Translations under genes and position numbers: made by a program
Assembly: GCF_009914755.1 (NCBI RefSeq)
Contig: NC_060933.1
Strand: one strand, 5' to 3'
From: the human T2T-CHM13v2.0 reference genome, Homo sapiens
Length of the DNA stretch: 64,000 bases
Part shown: piece by piece, positions 12,993 to 26,478 of the stretch
Layout: each line of letters opens with the position of its first letter
Numbering within the stretch: position 1 is the stretch's first letter
The notes under the pieces: model-generated
Database searches by the model: none
Seen by the model: the letters and a program-made list of their open reading frames with translations, nothing else
Told to the model about the DNA's origin: nothing

Positions 12993-15900
12993 GAAGACAG
13001 GCACCCCCAGTGGCTGTCATCTCATGCACGGAGGTCAGCAGTATTCGGGGACTGTCGGGCTTGTACGGTCGCCAGGTGGACAGTGGTTCAGAGAGAGCAT
13101 CAGCAGCCCCTTGGCTGTGCAGGGTCAGCGGAATTTTGCTCTAAACGTGCTCTGTCCGGCTCCCTTCCAGTGGGACGGAGCCTCTGGGGAGAATCTTCAA
13201 TCTGGGAACTGTACCACTGCCCATATCAGGCCCAGATGGAAGGGATGACGGGGGCAGGGGACACACTGTACTCAGCAGGGTGGGAGGGACCCTCAGACCC
13301 CACTCCCTGCCTCTCTCCCCTAGGGCACAAATTTGAGTCCACACAGCAATGCTGGATCCAAGCCACCGTCCACATCTTTCCCAGTAGCTGCCCCTGAGCC
13401 CCTGGAAGCTGCAAAGCCACAGTGGTCAGTCAGCAGGACGAGCCACTGCGCATGGACATGGCCCAGTCCGTGGCCAGGGACTCTTTCTCGGGGGCACTTG
13501 GGGCTCGTGAGGACCCAGGTCCGGTGACCACCGCAGTCAGCCATGGTTAACCATCAGCAGGGGCTTCACTGCCATCCCAACCACGATGGCCTCGTTGAGG
13601 CCCCCACCCAGCCGGCCAGGAGGCATCGTGGTCTGGGGTCACTGAGACACAGGGAGGCAAAGGACTTGGTCTTTCCTGACCCACTGCTTCATGCCTCCTA
13701 GGGTCCCCTGGCCACAGATGAGGGCTCAGGCCTGGGCGTGGAGGGCGGGATGGGCAGAAAGCACAAGGGCTGGGCTGTCCCACAAAGGGACCTACCCCAA
13801 GCCCCGAGGGGAGCCAGCCCAGCCCCCGGCATCCTGGGGGAAGGTTTCCCGGAGGAGACAGCAGGCAATTTGCATAATATTCTTTGCAAGTTAATATCAG
13901 CCTCTGATAATGATCTCGGCATCGCGTGGAGCGGCTGAGGCGGCTGTTACAACACTAAGTAATCATATTTTAAATTATGTTTCCCTTTATAGAAAGGTGT
14001 TGCAAAAACACACAGACACGAAATCTGTCTGTTGCAGCCCCGCTGCCAACCACCTGACCAGCTTTCAGTTACGCGGTTACGTTTGCAGCACTGCAGCCCG
14101 GGAGAACCAGCGGGGCGGCAGCCACAGGCTACCCCCGGGCCCCCACCCAGAGCCTCCCCCTGCCAGGGGACCCTCCCAGCTGGGGACCCCACCCAGATCT
14201 GAGCCAGGCTCTGGCCAGGGCCCAGGGCCTCAAAGGAGGACCCACGGGCCACGTCTTCCTGAGGTCCCCACGGCCCTAGGAGGGAGACAAGGGGGCTCCC
14301 CCTCCCCACAGCCACCCCCCTTGCTAGAAACCTAGCACCCGCGAAGGCCTGACTTCCAGGCGAAGGGTAGGGGGTACAGACTTCAGAGAACTCAAGGCCC
14401 TTCAGGTTCTGCTCTGCCTGAGCCTCCATGTCACCCCCCACAACCCCACCTGGTGGGGGGCTCCTGTTAGCCCCTCCCCCAGCGCTGGGGGCCTCTCCCC
14501 AAGAAGGTGAACCCACCCTCGGGGTGCCCTCCCTCCTCTGGGGCTCCCCCAACTCATGTACCTCTACACCACTTGGCACATCCACAGTTGGGGGAGGCCC
14601 TGGGTGACCCCTGTCCCCATTCAGAATGGGGGACCCCAGCCCCAACAGAGTGAGTCATGTTCTTCTACTTTCCCTCTTCATTTAGGAGCCACGGCCGACC
14701 ACTCAACCTCTATTTTCTTAAAAGCTTTTTTTTTTTCTTTTTTATTAAAAAAAAATCCAATTATAGCACAAATCTCTCAGCAGGGGTCAGTGTGGAATAA
14801 GAATAGCCAAAGTTAATGGACATGACACAGGCAAGATTAATGCCTAAAGGGTTTCAAAAGTTGTGTGATACGGATTTCATTAACATTTTAATTGTAATGT
14901 ATCTTTTTAATCTTCTCTCACCCTAATGGATTTATATCCAAAAAAAAAAAGAATAAACTGCTGACAACAAAAAGTATCAATATACAAAATTTAACAAAGG
15001 CGCTTAGCTGTGCAATGGAAATGAAATTAAATGAGCAAAACTCTGTTAAAGCTGATTTTTTAACAGCACAAAAGTCAAGAATTCAGCAAAGATGGTACTT
15101 CCCCTTTCTTGGCACAGACACCAGCTGGGTGGTAGAAGGGAGATGGGCACAGCCCCCGAGGCAGATGCCCAGGGCCTGGGTGGGGGCCCTGGCCAGAGGG
15201 TATGCCTCAGGGGTCCCTGGGAGGAGGAAGATGTGGGACAACTTCCTTCTGCTCCGATCCAAAGGCAGGGCCAACGCTGACTCCCTCCAAGACCGCCGCA
15301 GAAGAACCAAGGAAGGCCCACAGCTGCCCCCTGACTCTAGGCAGTGCCCAGGAGTGAGAAGGTAACTCCTCCAGAAAACACCAGCCCACTGGGCGGAAGC
15401 CCCAGGACAGTAGGGGTGGGGAGGGAGCATCTGAAGTGTCCCTGTAAAGAGGGGGGCACTAGCATTTTGTGGGGTGGGGGCTGGGTTGCTAGCAAGTCTT
15501 CTCTCAGCAGGCACCCAGCTCCCAACGCCCTCCATGAGGGACCCCAGGCAGCTCTGGCCAACAGCACAGCCCGGATTCCAGCCTCCAGATTCCAACATCA
15601 GCTCCTGAAATGTCCTCAAGCCTGACTATGGAGGGCTGGGGGGACTTTTATTTTCAATCAACAAACATTTCTTGAGGCATGACTATGCGGAGGCTGATGC
15701 TCTACCCCTTCACAGACTACCAGGGAGGCCACCCCCAGCCCAGGGCCGGGCTGCCCTCGGGGCCCCGGTGGCTGAGCTGGGGCCGGCCGGCCCTGGGCTT
15801 GGGAGGCATCTCTGCAGCATGGCTTGCCGTTCACCCCAGTGACTATATATGGGCACTTTCAGGCCCCTTTGTTCCCCGCCCCCAGCCCTGCCTGCTTCCC

Positions 15901-18900
15901 AGGCACAGGGGCAGGAGCTGGGCGGGCCCAGGAGCTCGCGGCCGCCCATGGCCCTGTGCCCTCCTGGATGCCAGGGCCCCGCACTGGGGGAGGGGAGATT
16001 CCTTTAGAGAGACCCGGAGCCAGCCTCTCCTCCCTGTGGGTCCCTGCAAACAACCTCTGGAGAAAAGCCTGCCTCTTGTTCTCCCGGGAGACTCCATGGC
16101 GGCCTCCTCTTAAAGGGTAGTGAGCCTTACATGGGATTCAGTGGCTTCACTGGCCCAACAGCCCCCAGGCCAGCCCCAGCCGGCATGAAGGCAGAAAGGC
16201 CGGGCTGCCCACATTCAGCCTCCAGCTCCTCGGAGGAGGCAGAGGATGCTACTCTGTAGCAGGACGGCCTCAGGGAGGACGGGTTCCTCACTCAAGGTCA
16301 CACAGCCTGGGCTGGGCGTTCTCCCAGGAGACCTGAGCCCAGGGTTCTGGCTGCCAAGTGCTCCAGTGAGGACCCAGGCCCAGCAAGCAGACACTGGGGA
16401 TGTGGTGGGGCCCCAGGAGCCCTGGGTCAGGGTCCCAAATGCCCTCCCCTACTCAGACTAGCTCCCAGGCTGATCCCCTGTGTGGACAGGGGTGAGTGCC
16501 GGTCCCGGAGTTCATGTCCCCAAATGACAAGCAACCAATACTTCCAGACAGATGCCTTCACGCCTGCCCACTGCGCTCTGCTGAGACCCTATACAAGGGT
16601 GTGTGCTTCCAAAACCCAAACCGTAAACAGCAAACGCAGGAAGGCCACAGCTGAGGGAGCTAGGGCTCCCAGCAAATGGGCAGCTGCAGGTGACACAGTA
16701 AGGAGCCCCAGCCAGCCAGGAGGCATATTTTACAAATGATCTCATCTCACCAAGAGCCAGGGCTGGTGAGAGCAAGGATTTGCTTAAAAAAAAAACCAAC
16801 AACAACAACAAACAAAAAAACAGAGGTCACCAGGATCCCTGCCCCGCAACAGAGGCGGAGGCAGGCGTGGAGCAGCAGCCCCTGGCCTGGGTAACCTCGC
16901 TCCCCGGCCCCCACAGCCAAGGCCCAAACAACCTTCCAGTCACATCTCCTCTGTGACTCTGGACAGGCTGAAAGGGAAACGAGATCCACCTGGGGATTAG
17001 GGGGCGCCTCAGGGAGGCCGGTGTGGGGGCCACACACAGCTCTGAACTGGGGCCCAGTGGGGAGACAAGAGTAGAGAAACGCTGGCCAAGCTCCCCCACC
17101 CAAGGCCCGACTGCCCACCTCTGGGAGGACCAAGGGCGTGCCCAGAGAGGGTGCCAGGAAAGGAACGAAATGCTGGGGAGAGGGCACTTCGGGGAAGGCC
17201 CAGGACCCAGGGAGCTGGGTCTGCAGACACTCACCGCCGGGGAGCCTGACCGGAGATGGGGTGAGAGGCCCCAGTGAGCCAGCTCTACACAGGTTCCCAA
17301 GACCCCTCATCAGCCCCCAGTGAGACCAGACCCAGTCAGACCTCACAAACTCCCGCACCTGCCCACATGCATCAGACGGCGGCTCAGGTCCAGCGTCCAG
17401 ACGGGCTAGCGCTACTTCTCTCCTGCCTTGGAGGGCGCTCCACGGCCTCACACCACAGGGCTTTGCTTCTCCTTCGAGCCACGCCTGGAAGCCCAGCCCC
17501 AGGTTTCCTCAGCCCAGGCCAGAAATGTCACCCTGAAGTGGAAGGTGGCCTACCTTGTCCTCAGAACCACAATGGGAGGCTGGTCAGCCTGGGCCACTGA
17601 GGCAGGGACATGTGCTACCAAGGTGAAGGTGGACTGGGCCGGAGGAGCAGCAGAGTCAGGGGGCCCCATAGTCAAGTTCCCAAATGTGTTCGTTACACTG
17701 GGGTCTGTAGAAGGCCTTGGTTCTCCGGAGAAACATGCTGGTGTATCCTGGGGTAAGGGGTGCCACCTGCTGCCCCCCTGTGGACTCCGACCCTCATCCC
17801 ACCGGCCACAGTCCAACTGGATCTCGGAACCCACTGCGTGACCCTGCAAAGGGGATGGAGTGACCCCAAGGGGCTGTGAGATGCAGAGAGGCAGCCTGGG
17901 GACAGTGTGTGGAGGTGGCTAGAACAGGGCTGGCTGAGGAAGGAACATGGGCTCTGCCCCACTGACGGTGGCTGGGGCCACTGGGCACTCGGTGCCCTGT
18001 GCGTTCCAGGGACACAGGTCAGAGGCACAGACCTCAGAGGAAGGGGCACAAGGTGGAACCTTGGGAACTCAACATCCCGAAAAGGACAACACCTTGGTTC
18101 CCCATTCCATCCCTCGGGCCTGGGAGACCACACTGCCCACAAACCAGGAAAGCAGGACTCCGGAGGCAGAGGCCAAGAGGAGTGCAGGCCTGGAAGAACC
18201 GCTCAGCACCAAGATCGTCACTGTTGTTTCATGAATAATGCAGCCTCATGCTTTAATTGGAAAACAAAGGGAGGATTGAAGAATTTTTTAAAAGTCACCA
18301 CTAGCCCCCTGCCCAGGGCAGAGCAGCCCTGCGAACCCTTCCAGCAGCCGGTGGTAAAGAACAGAGCCTGTTCTCGCAGCCTGTAGCAGCCCAGCTCCCA
18401 CTGCTCCCAGCAGGAGATCTCCCGGGTGGCTCCTCCCCGCCTTCCCGCCAGGCCAGGGCCAGCACCATCGAGCCCTGGGTGTGACCACTGCGAAAGGATC
18501 CCTGGCCACTAAGAAGTGACAAGTGATATCTTGTTCCACTCTCTGTGCCCATTCCAAGTGGCTTTGCCGAAAGGACAGGGGGCCACCACCTTGGGTGGCA
18601 GCTCCTTTTATTTCCTCCCCTTGGACTCTGGCCCAGCTACCACCCAACAGTGACCCCAGGGGAAAACGCCAAGAGGCCTCTTTAAGGGAGGGGCTGGGAA
18701 AGGCCCCACAGAGGACCAGAGGGGTGCTCCAACGGTGGCCGGGAGAAGAAGGGGTGGGTGGCTGAGAGGTGGCGGGTGGGGCGGGGGCTGCCTGAACCCT
18801 GACCTAACTCTAGGCGCCCCTGCTGGGGGGTGCTACAGGCTAAAACACCCTGCAGAATGCTGAGCTGAGTGTCCCACTGGAGAACAGGAGGGAAGGAGGT

Positions 18901-19379
18901 CAGGAGCCTGCCAGACGAAAAGAGGGGTGGGTGAGAAGAAGGGGCGACCTGGAGGGACACGGACTCTGGCAGGAGAGTGCGGCCGCGCTGGCGGGCGGGA
19001 ACACCAAGGTGCACGCGCTCCCGGAGGCAGCTCCACGGGATGGGAGTCCGGGCTGCCTTGGGCACCCCCGGGTCAGCACCCCCGCCACACACAGGAAGGA
19101 ACGCGCAGCAGAGAACACAGCTCAGGGCACCCAGCGGCCCAGGGAGACGGGCCCACCAGCACGTGGGTGAAACACCTCCAATCCGGAGGCCCCGCGCGGG
19201 GGTTGGGGGAGGGAGTGGAACGGCCTGGGAGGCCAACTCCAGGGACCCGGCCTCGCGGCCTTCAGACCCACAGGTTTAAGCGGCTCCACGACGAGAGTCC
19301 AAGACCAAACTTCCCCCAGAGCCTGGCAGAGGGGCTGGGAGGTGACCTCTGACCTCCGACCCCACACGATCCCAGCAAG

Positions 19380-20950
19380 AGAAGCAGGAAACTCCGTCGG
19401 AAGGCCTCGGTCCGCCCTGGCCGTGCGGGGTGCGCGGCGGGCCCCGGGCTCCGCTGAGTTTCTTAGAGAAGGAGCTGGGGCCCCCCGACCTCAGCTCCGC
19501 AGAGGCACAGAAGCTGGCAAGAGGCAGAGCCCCCTCCCCCTGCGGCCGGACCCCAGTTTCTCCCCAGGCTGGGGCCCGAGTGGGGGAGGCGCGGGAGGCG
19601 GTGACGACCCACGAACGGGCCCACCTGGACCGGGAGGGCGAGGCGCGGGCCCGGCTGGGCCAGGCAGCTGCGCAGATGCGCCGGGAGGGGTGGGTACCTC
19701 CGCCCTGGCCCCGGGCCAGTCCTGCCCCGGCTTCCCCACCCGGAGGGCTGGATCGGCCAGTCGGGTCCCTGGGGAGGCCGCGCGGGTCCCCAGAAATCCA
19801 GGGAAACCCAGCAGGCGGCGGGGAGCGCCCCGGGACGCCCGGAGCCGGGGTCTCCCCGAACGCGCGGCGCGGCGTCCCGGCCCGGGGTCGCGGGCGCCTC
19901 CGCCGGGACCCCCCGGCCCCGCCCGGCCCCCCTCCGCGGGCTCCCGAGGCCGGTTCCCGCGCGCACGCCCGGGCCGGCGCGGAACTCGGCCGCACCCGCC
20001 CCGCGCGGCCGGCACTGCGGCAGGGGGCTCGCGCCAAGTTGGGCGGCCGCGGAGTTTGCGGGAAGTGCGGGCCCGGCCCGTGGGACGACCCCGCCCGGCG
20101 GCGTAACCCGGGGGCGGCCGCGCGCGCCAAGTTGGCGGTACCTGCGGGCGCCCGGCCCGGTCCGGCCTGGGCAGCTGCGGCGCGCCGCCCGCGGCAGGAA
20201 GTGCTTGGCGTCCCGGCGCTCCGGCTCCCATGGACTTTCTCCGACCTCGCCCAGCACCGGCGGCCGCACCGCGGCGGGGGCGGGGCGGCGGCGGGGGAGG
20301 TGCCCGCGGGCCGTTAAAGGGACAGCGCGCCGGCCGCGCGCGCGCGCGCACTGGCAGCCAGGTGGGCTCCCGGGGTCGGGGCTGGGGTCCGGGGGCCGGG
20401 AGGGTCCCCAGTGGGGGCCGGCGGGGCGTGGGGAACCCCGAGCGCTGGGGAGGGGAGGCGGCAGCTCCTCGCCCCTCGCGCGTCCTCCTTCCGGAGCTGC
20501 CGGCGGTCGACCCTGCGCGGGACACCCGGCGGGAGCCGGACGCCGCGGCGCAGAGGACGGAGCTCGGCGGCCGGGTCGGGAAAGGACCTGGAGCGCCGCC
20601 CTCCGCCCTCCCCGGGCCCCGGCCTCGGCCGGACTCGCTAAGCCCGGGAGAGCCCCCGGGCCCCCCTACCCCGCCCCCGGCGCGCGCCCTGCCCGCGGCA
20701 GTCGCGTCCGCACGGTGCAGCCTCCGGGATCCGGGCGGGGGAAGTGCGCGCATCCGCAGCCGCCCTGGACGCTCAGGCGGGCCGTGAAAGACGAGGATAC
20801 GGGAGCGCCCTTGGGCGAACGTCTGCGGGGCTCCGGCGCCCGTCCCTGCGGCCCGGGAACTGCAAGCTGCCTGGACTGGGCCTGGCGCTGCCTTCAGGCC
20901 TGGTGTGATCCGGGCGCACTGGGGCGTTGACAGTCATTCCGGCACCGGCC
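19380..20950. promoter_or_regulatory. NACC2: CpG island promoter of a minus-strand gene (probably NACC2)
   Basis: Very high GC and CpG density, GC boxes (ggggcggggc at ~20277), a (CG)n run at ~20335-20349, and a minus-strand donor at 20141. Gene identity comes from remembered synteny with TMEM250 at 9q34.3. Confidence 0.78.
20142..20290 (-). other. NACC2: Probable non-coding exon 1 of NACC2; intron 1 runs off the window start
   Basis: Minus-strand CCGCAG|GTACCG donor at 20142/20141 inside the island. The 5' end is approximate. No BTB/BEN coding exon was seen in the window. Confidence 0.65.
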
Positions 20951-21446
20951 ACGCAGCTCTCCATCTGCCCAAGGCCACGCTCCTGAGGACAGAGGTGCAG
21001 TTTTAAAACAAGGGCACGGAAATAAAACGGCCACACACCCGGAAAGACCCAGAGACCCCTCCTCAGCTGCCCCCTAACCTGGGGCCTGAGGTCAGGACAG
21101 GCTGCAGTGGTCCTCAGAGGCTAAGCCAGCCTCACTCCCACAGCACGCTCAAGGGTCCTTGCAGGAGAATGGAGTGATACCGCCTCAGTGGTCCCGAGCG
21201 AGGGCGCTGGGAGAAGGGTTGAGAAGGAGATGGCCACCAGCATCCCAGAGAACGCCTTTGGGGCTCTGGGGATCAGAAACCTGGGGCTACAGCCCTTCTG
21301 GCACAGTCAGCCAAGGTCATTCCCTGGACAAATCATCAGAAGCTTGGCCAGGTTCTTGTCACCCCAACCTCAAGCTAGGCCCTTGATCTTGGCCACAGAC
21401 TGGCCCTTGACCCCAACTTTAGGTTCTATTCAGCTCTGCGTCCAGA

Positions 21447-21470
21447 ACACACACACACACACACACACAC
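21447..21470. repeat. (AC)12 microsatellite
   Basis: Read directly. Confidence 0.95.
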
Positions 21471-22139
21471 TTCACTCCCTGGCTTGCCTTGTATGGGGGT
21501 GAGTATGGAACCCCGCAGGGACTCTGGGCTCTCCCCACAGAGTCCCATCTAGACCTAAATGCAGTCCCAGGTCCCACACCCCAACCCCCCTCCCCCCACC
21601 ACTGCCACTTCCAAACCCGCCCCGCAGTCTACTGTGGGAAGGAGGTGGGGTAGGAGGGTTCTGAGTGCCTCCTACACCCAGGGCATGAGCTCAGCAGCCT
21701 CAGGGTTCTGGTGCTTCCTAGGCCTGACTTTACAATCTCTGCAGGATCTCTCAGTGAGCATAGCTACCCCAAGCCCCTGAGAATCGTGAATCCCAGAGAC
21801 AGATGCCTGGAGCTGCTTCCAGCCCTGGGGCAGGCCTCAAGGGGCTACCCACTAGGACCCGTGGCCCTCCAGGGATGGGAATGATTGTTTTAATCACTTT
21901 TATTTTCTAAATATTAAAGACATTCTTCCTTAGTGAAGGATATTTGGAAAGCATTGAAAAGTGTTTAGAAGATAGCGGATAAGCAGAAATCAATTCCCCA
22001 ATTTCTGTGTGCCTATACGTATGTACACCAACATATATTTGCACCTTTTAAAGCAAACCCTGCATCCCTACTGAATTCCAGGCCCGTGCTACTGAGTATG
22101 TACACCTTACCGCATTTAACGTTCACAACAGTACCATGA

Positions 22140-22478
<339 letters not shown>

Positions 22479-24567
22479 TAGCCTGGGGCTCACTCAGGGG
22501 TCCCCAGCAGGGCCTGGGCTGAGTGGGGCTCACCCCGGGTGCATCCTCCGCATCTCCTCCCTGCATTTGATCTTGTTGATTCCTGGCTGCTACAAGGGCC
22601 TGGGGGCCACAGTCTCAACTGAGCATAGCAGCACCGCTGCTATGGGTCTCCAGCTCAGGGAGGCCCCATCCGGGATCCAGGCCTGAGTTCTCACGGCCTT
22701 GCAACTTGATTTTTCCCCTTCCATCCAGAAAGCATTGGGCAGGGGGTAAGGGGAGGTCACAAGCCACATCTGCAGACACTGCAGAGCCCCTGGGTGCGCT
22801 CAGGAGTCATACACAGAGGACCAACCTGTTTGCCTGGACACCTGCGTGTCCTCCCCTGGATGGCAGAAGCCTTTGATGGCTCTCCAGGTGCTGCTACCAT
22901 TGTGCAGGTGGTGACATCCCACCCCAATCTCACGCCAGATCCAGTCTGTGCCCATCCTAACAGCTCTGTGTTAAAGTCATGTCGGAGCCACCCTCCTGGT
23001 CCACAACTGCCCTGTTCTCCAGTGATTGCCACAGCCCCCTTCCCCACCCCGGTCCCTAGCCTCCCCTCCAGCCCTGCCCCAGCCTGTCACAACACAGCAG
23101 CACAGGGCTGCTTCTAAACCTGTTGGATTACCCCCACCCGCTCAGAACCCCCAAGAGCTCCCCAATGTCCTTCTTGCTCAGAGCACAAGCCCGGGTGATT
23201 GGGTGACCAGGACCCAGCTCACCACCCCCGCCTCATACCCCACCCCACCCATGCCCCACATCCTTCCCCACCCCACATCCCACCCGTGGTAGCCTCGCCC
23301 ACGCCAGTGCCTGCTCAGCTGTAGCGAGGCTGGCTTCTGCTGTACCTGCTGCCCCAGGGCCCTTGCACCCGCTGTTCCCACTGCCTGAACCTTCTGCCCC
23401 TGTGTCTCCAAGGCTTGCTCTGTCACTTTCTTTGAGTCTCCACCCCAATATCCCTGGCTCAGGAAGCCTTCCCTGACCCTTCCTTATGAAAGAGCCACAT
23501 GGCCGTCGGCAGCAGGCACCCAGACGCCATCCTGACACTGGTCCGCCCTTGGCTTCCATCGGCACGGTCTCCCACCTTGTCCACTGTCTCATCACTGGCT
23601 CAGTGTGGTGCCTGGCACACAGCAGGTGCCCTGAGGAGTCTCAGAATTGGAGCCTAGGCTCCATCTGTCTCCACCCTGTTTCCTGGGGCTGCTGGGGGAT
23701 GCTGTGCCCCCTCTCCCACACCTGCCCGAGTTCTGATGCCTCTTCCCGGTCCTCAGAGTGTCCGGGGAGCTCGGTCAGCAGAAAGGGAAGTAGCAGGCGG
23801 GGGGCCTCAGGTGCCTCCCTGGTGCTGCTGTTCAGGTCAGCCCTTGGCCAGGGCTGTTGGGCTGAGAAGACCCCAGGAGGACCTGGAGCCTCTCACCAGC
23901 CCAGCACAGGCTCTCTCGGCTGTGCTTCCGGGACAGCTCCCCAGAGCCAGAGTGCGCCTCTGCACCCCTGCGGCAGGAGGACAGCCAGAGGGCTTCTCTG
24001 CCCACTCTCTCGCTTGCGTCTCGCCTGTCAACACAGAAGAGAGGTGCAGAACAGCCTTTGGTGAAACGGCCAGTGGTGCCGCTGTCTCGGGAGGAAGCCG
24101 CTTTCATTGTCTGAAGAGCAGTTCACGGGGGGCAAGAGAAACCATCTGATTTCAGTCCGGTCCTCTGCCTTCCTGGGGCAGGGCTTGCTGGTGGGGGAGG
24201 ACTTTCCTGTTCACTGGGAGCCTCCGTGGTCCCCCACAGACACCCCAGTCCCAACAGAGAAGACGTGGCCAGGCCCCTGGCCTTGTAGCTTATGTGCAGC
24301 AGATGATAAAGGCCCCGTGAAGACACGTGTGCCCAGTGAGACAGCCAGAGAAGGCTGATCCTACTCGACGGATGGGCTGAGGAGGAAACGAGGGAGTGGG
24401 GGACCCTCAGGGGTCGGGGGTGACAGGAAGCCGAGCCTGCCAGGGCCTGCACCCTCACCTCCACCCAAGGGGGCCCTGTCCTGTGAAGCTGACCCAACGC
24501 CTGGCCTCAGAGGGCTTGTGGTCCAGCAGGCAGCACAGGGAAGATGTGGCAGAGGTGATGAAGAGCG

Positions 24568-24830
24568 GTGGTGTGTGTGCGGGGCGGCGGGTGGGGGTGG
24601 TGTGCGGGGCGGTGGGGGCGTGTGTGCGGGGTGGCGGGGGGTGTTTGTGTGGGGCGGCGGCAGGGTGGGTGCGCGGGGCGGCCGGGGCGTGTGTGCGGGT
24701 CGGCGGGGGGGGGTTGTGTGTGGGGTGGCGGGGTGGGTGTTTGTGCGGGGCGGCGCGGGGGTGTGCGAGTCGGCCTGTGGGGGGGGGTGTGGGTTGGTGG
24801 CGGTAGGGAGGGGGGCGTGCGGGGCGGCAG
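24568..24830. repeat. G/GT-rich degenerate minisatellite (core GTGCGGGGCGGC)
   Basis: About 11-12 imperfect 20-25 bp units; the plus strand has almost no A. Confidence 0.85.
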
Positions 24831-26478
24831 GGACAGGCCCAGGGCCATGGACTCCAGACCAGAAAGGCAGAGACTGACTTGGGGTGGGCTCTTTCCTTCT
24901 TCTTTTTTTTTTTTTTTTTTTTTGCCTTTTTTTTTAAATCGAGGTGAGATTCACCTAACTGACAGCAACCACTATCAACTGAACAACTCCGTGGCATTTA
25001 GCACATTCCCGGGGCTGTGCGTCCGCCACGCCCAGCTCCCAAGCAGCCTTCGTCCCCGCGGCCGTCTCCCCTGCTTCCCAGCGCTCAGGATTTTACCAGC
25101 GGCGCCGCCTCCATACCCTGCACGAGGCCCCCTTTCTGTTTTCTGAGTGCTCGCTCCTTTCTTCCATCATAATCCATGGTTACATATCAGTGTGTCGATT
25201 TCGCTCCCATCCACCCTAGAGAGAGGCTCCAGGAAAGCCCCGGCTGCTCCCACAGGGCCCCTTGTCAGGGCCCCGCTCTGTGCCAGCCTGAGGGGGCCGA
25301 GAGCGGAGCAGCTGAGCCGGCCCTTGCGACTGGGGGCTAAGCTGGGCCCACCAGCCTCACCCTGGGCCCTGGATGCAGCCCCCATACTTGGAGTAGAAGC
25401 CAGGCCCTGTGTTTCTGCAGTTGGGGTTTTGGCTGGTACCTCCAGCGTGGGGTTCAAATTGAGCCCATTGCCCTTTTTTTTTTACTAAAAGTTTCCCAAT
25501 CCTGTAGCCCCCAGGCTGCTCCAGGGGGCAGCCTCCTCCTACCGTAGGAAGTCAACCCAGGAGCCCAGGGTGGTGCCTGCTGAGTCCTGGAAGAGAGTGA
25601 GGGGCCAGGGGGCCCCAGAGCCCAGGGGACGAGAGCTGTGCACAGCAGAATGGCCCAGGACACTGCACAGGGCCTCACCCACCTGTCCACCCAGGGACCG
25701 AGGCCATACTCCAGCCAAAGCCCCACTCAGAACATCAGGTCTTGGCAGGCCCCCAGGGAGTCCACCTTGACCACCACCCCCTCGGGGTCCTGAGGCAGCT
25801 CCGGGGAAAACCACCTCCGCTTTCCTGGAGCCAGTTCCTAGAAGATGTGCAGTTTGCAAGACCAAGCCCAGCTGGCCCCGCCCCCACCACCGGCTGCACT
25901 GGGTGCGGCTCCGCCCACCTGCAGGACAATGGGGGATGCAGGCAGGTGTTTGTGACTCTGCAAGGCCCTACATCTCCCGCAGAGCTGGCTCGGGCCCCTG
26001 GTCACTCCCCCACTGCCATTTCTTTCTTTAGGACGGTTATTCTAGTGAATGGGTTCAAAGCCTGGGCCGGACTGCCCTGGGCCCTCCACCCCTTGGGGGG
26101 TCACCATCCTGTCTACGATCCTGCTGGGCAAAGGGCACTTCTATGGGCCTCAGATGCCAGGGACACTTGCCATCCTGGCGGCTCTTTTGGGTGTCCCTGC
26201 TGTGACCACCATGAAGCCGAGCGTGCTGATCCCAGCAGCTCCCGCCTCTGCCTGCTGGGCTGACCCTTTGAGGCCTGTGTCCATACCAGGCACTGGGCTG
26301 TGTGGACGGGACAGGACTAGCTCCAGGAGGCCAGAAGGACCCCGTTTGCCCTGTAGTGAAACTGTCCGTCTGTGCTCAGAGATGTCCCTCCCAGCCTGAG
26401 CTGCTGATCTCGCCCACTCTTCAGCCTTGGTCCTCCCCCCACGCTGTCTCTTGCAGTACACTGGGCTCTCTCTGAGCT

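Noticed and set aside
18814-18826. CTCF motif CCAGCAGGGGCGC
   Set aside because: One G short in the core, which misregisters the GGCGC end. The site at ~41646 likewise has an extra G.
19276-20930. Overlapping 240-420 aa ORFs on both strands
   Set aside because: Arg/Gly/Pro/Ala low-complexity translations typical of stop-poor CpG islands; no domain or codon bias.
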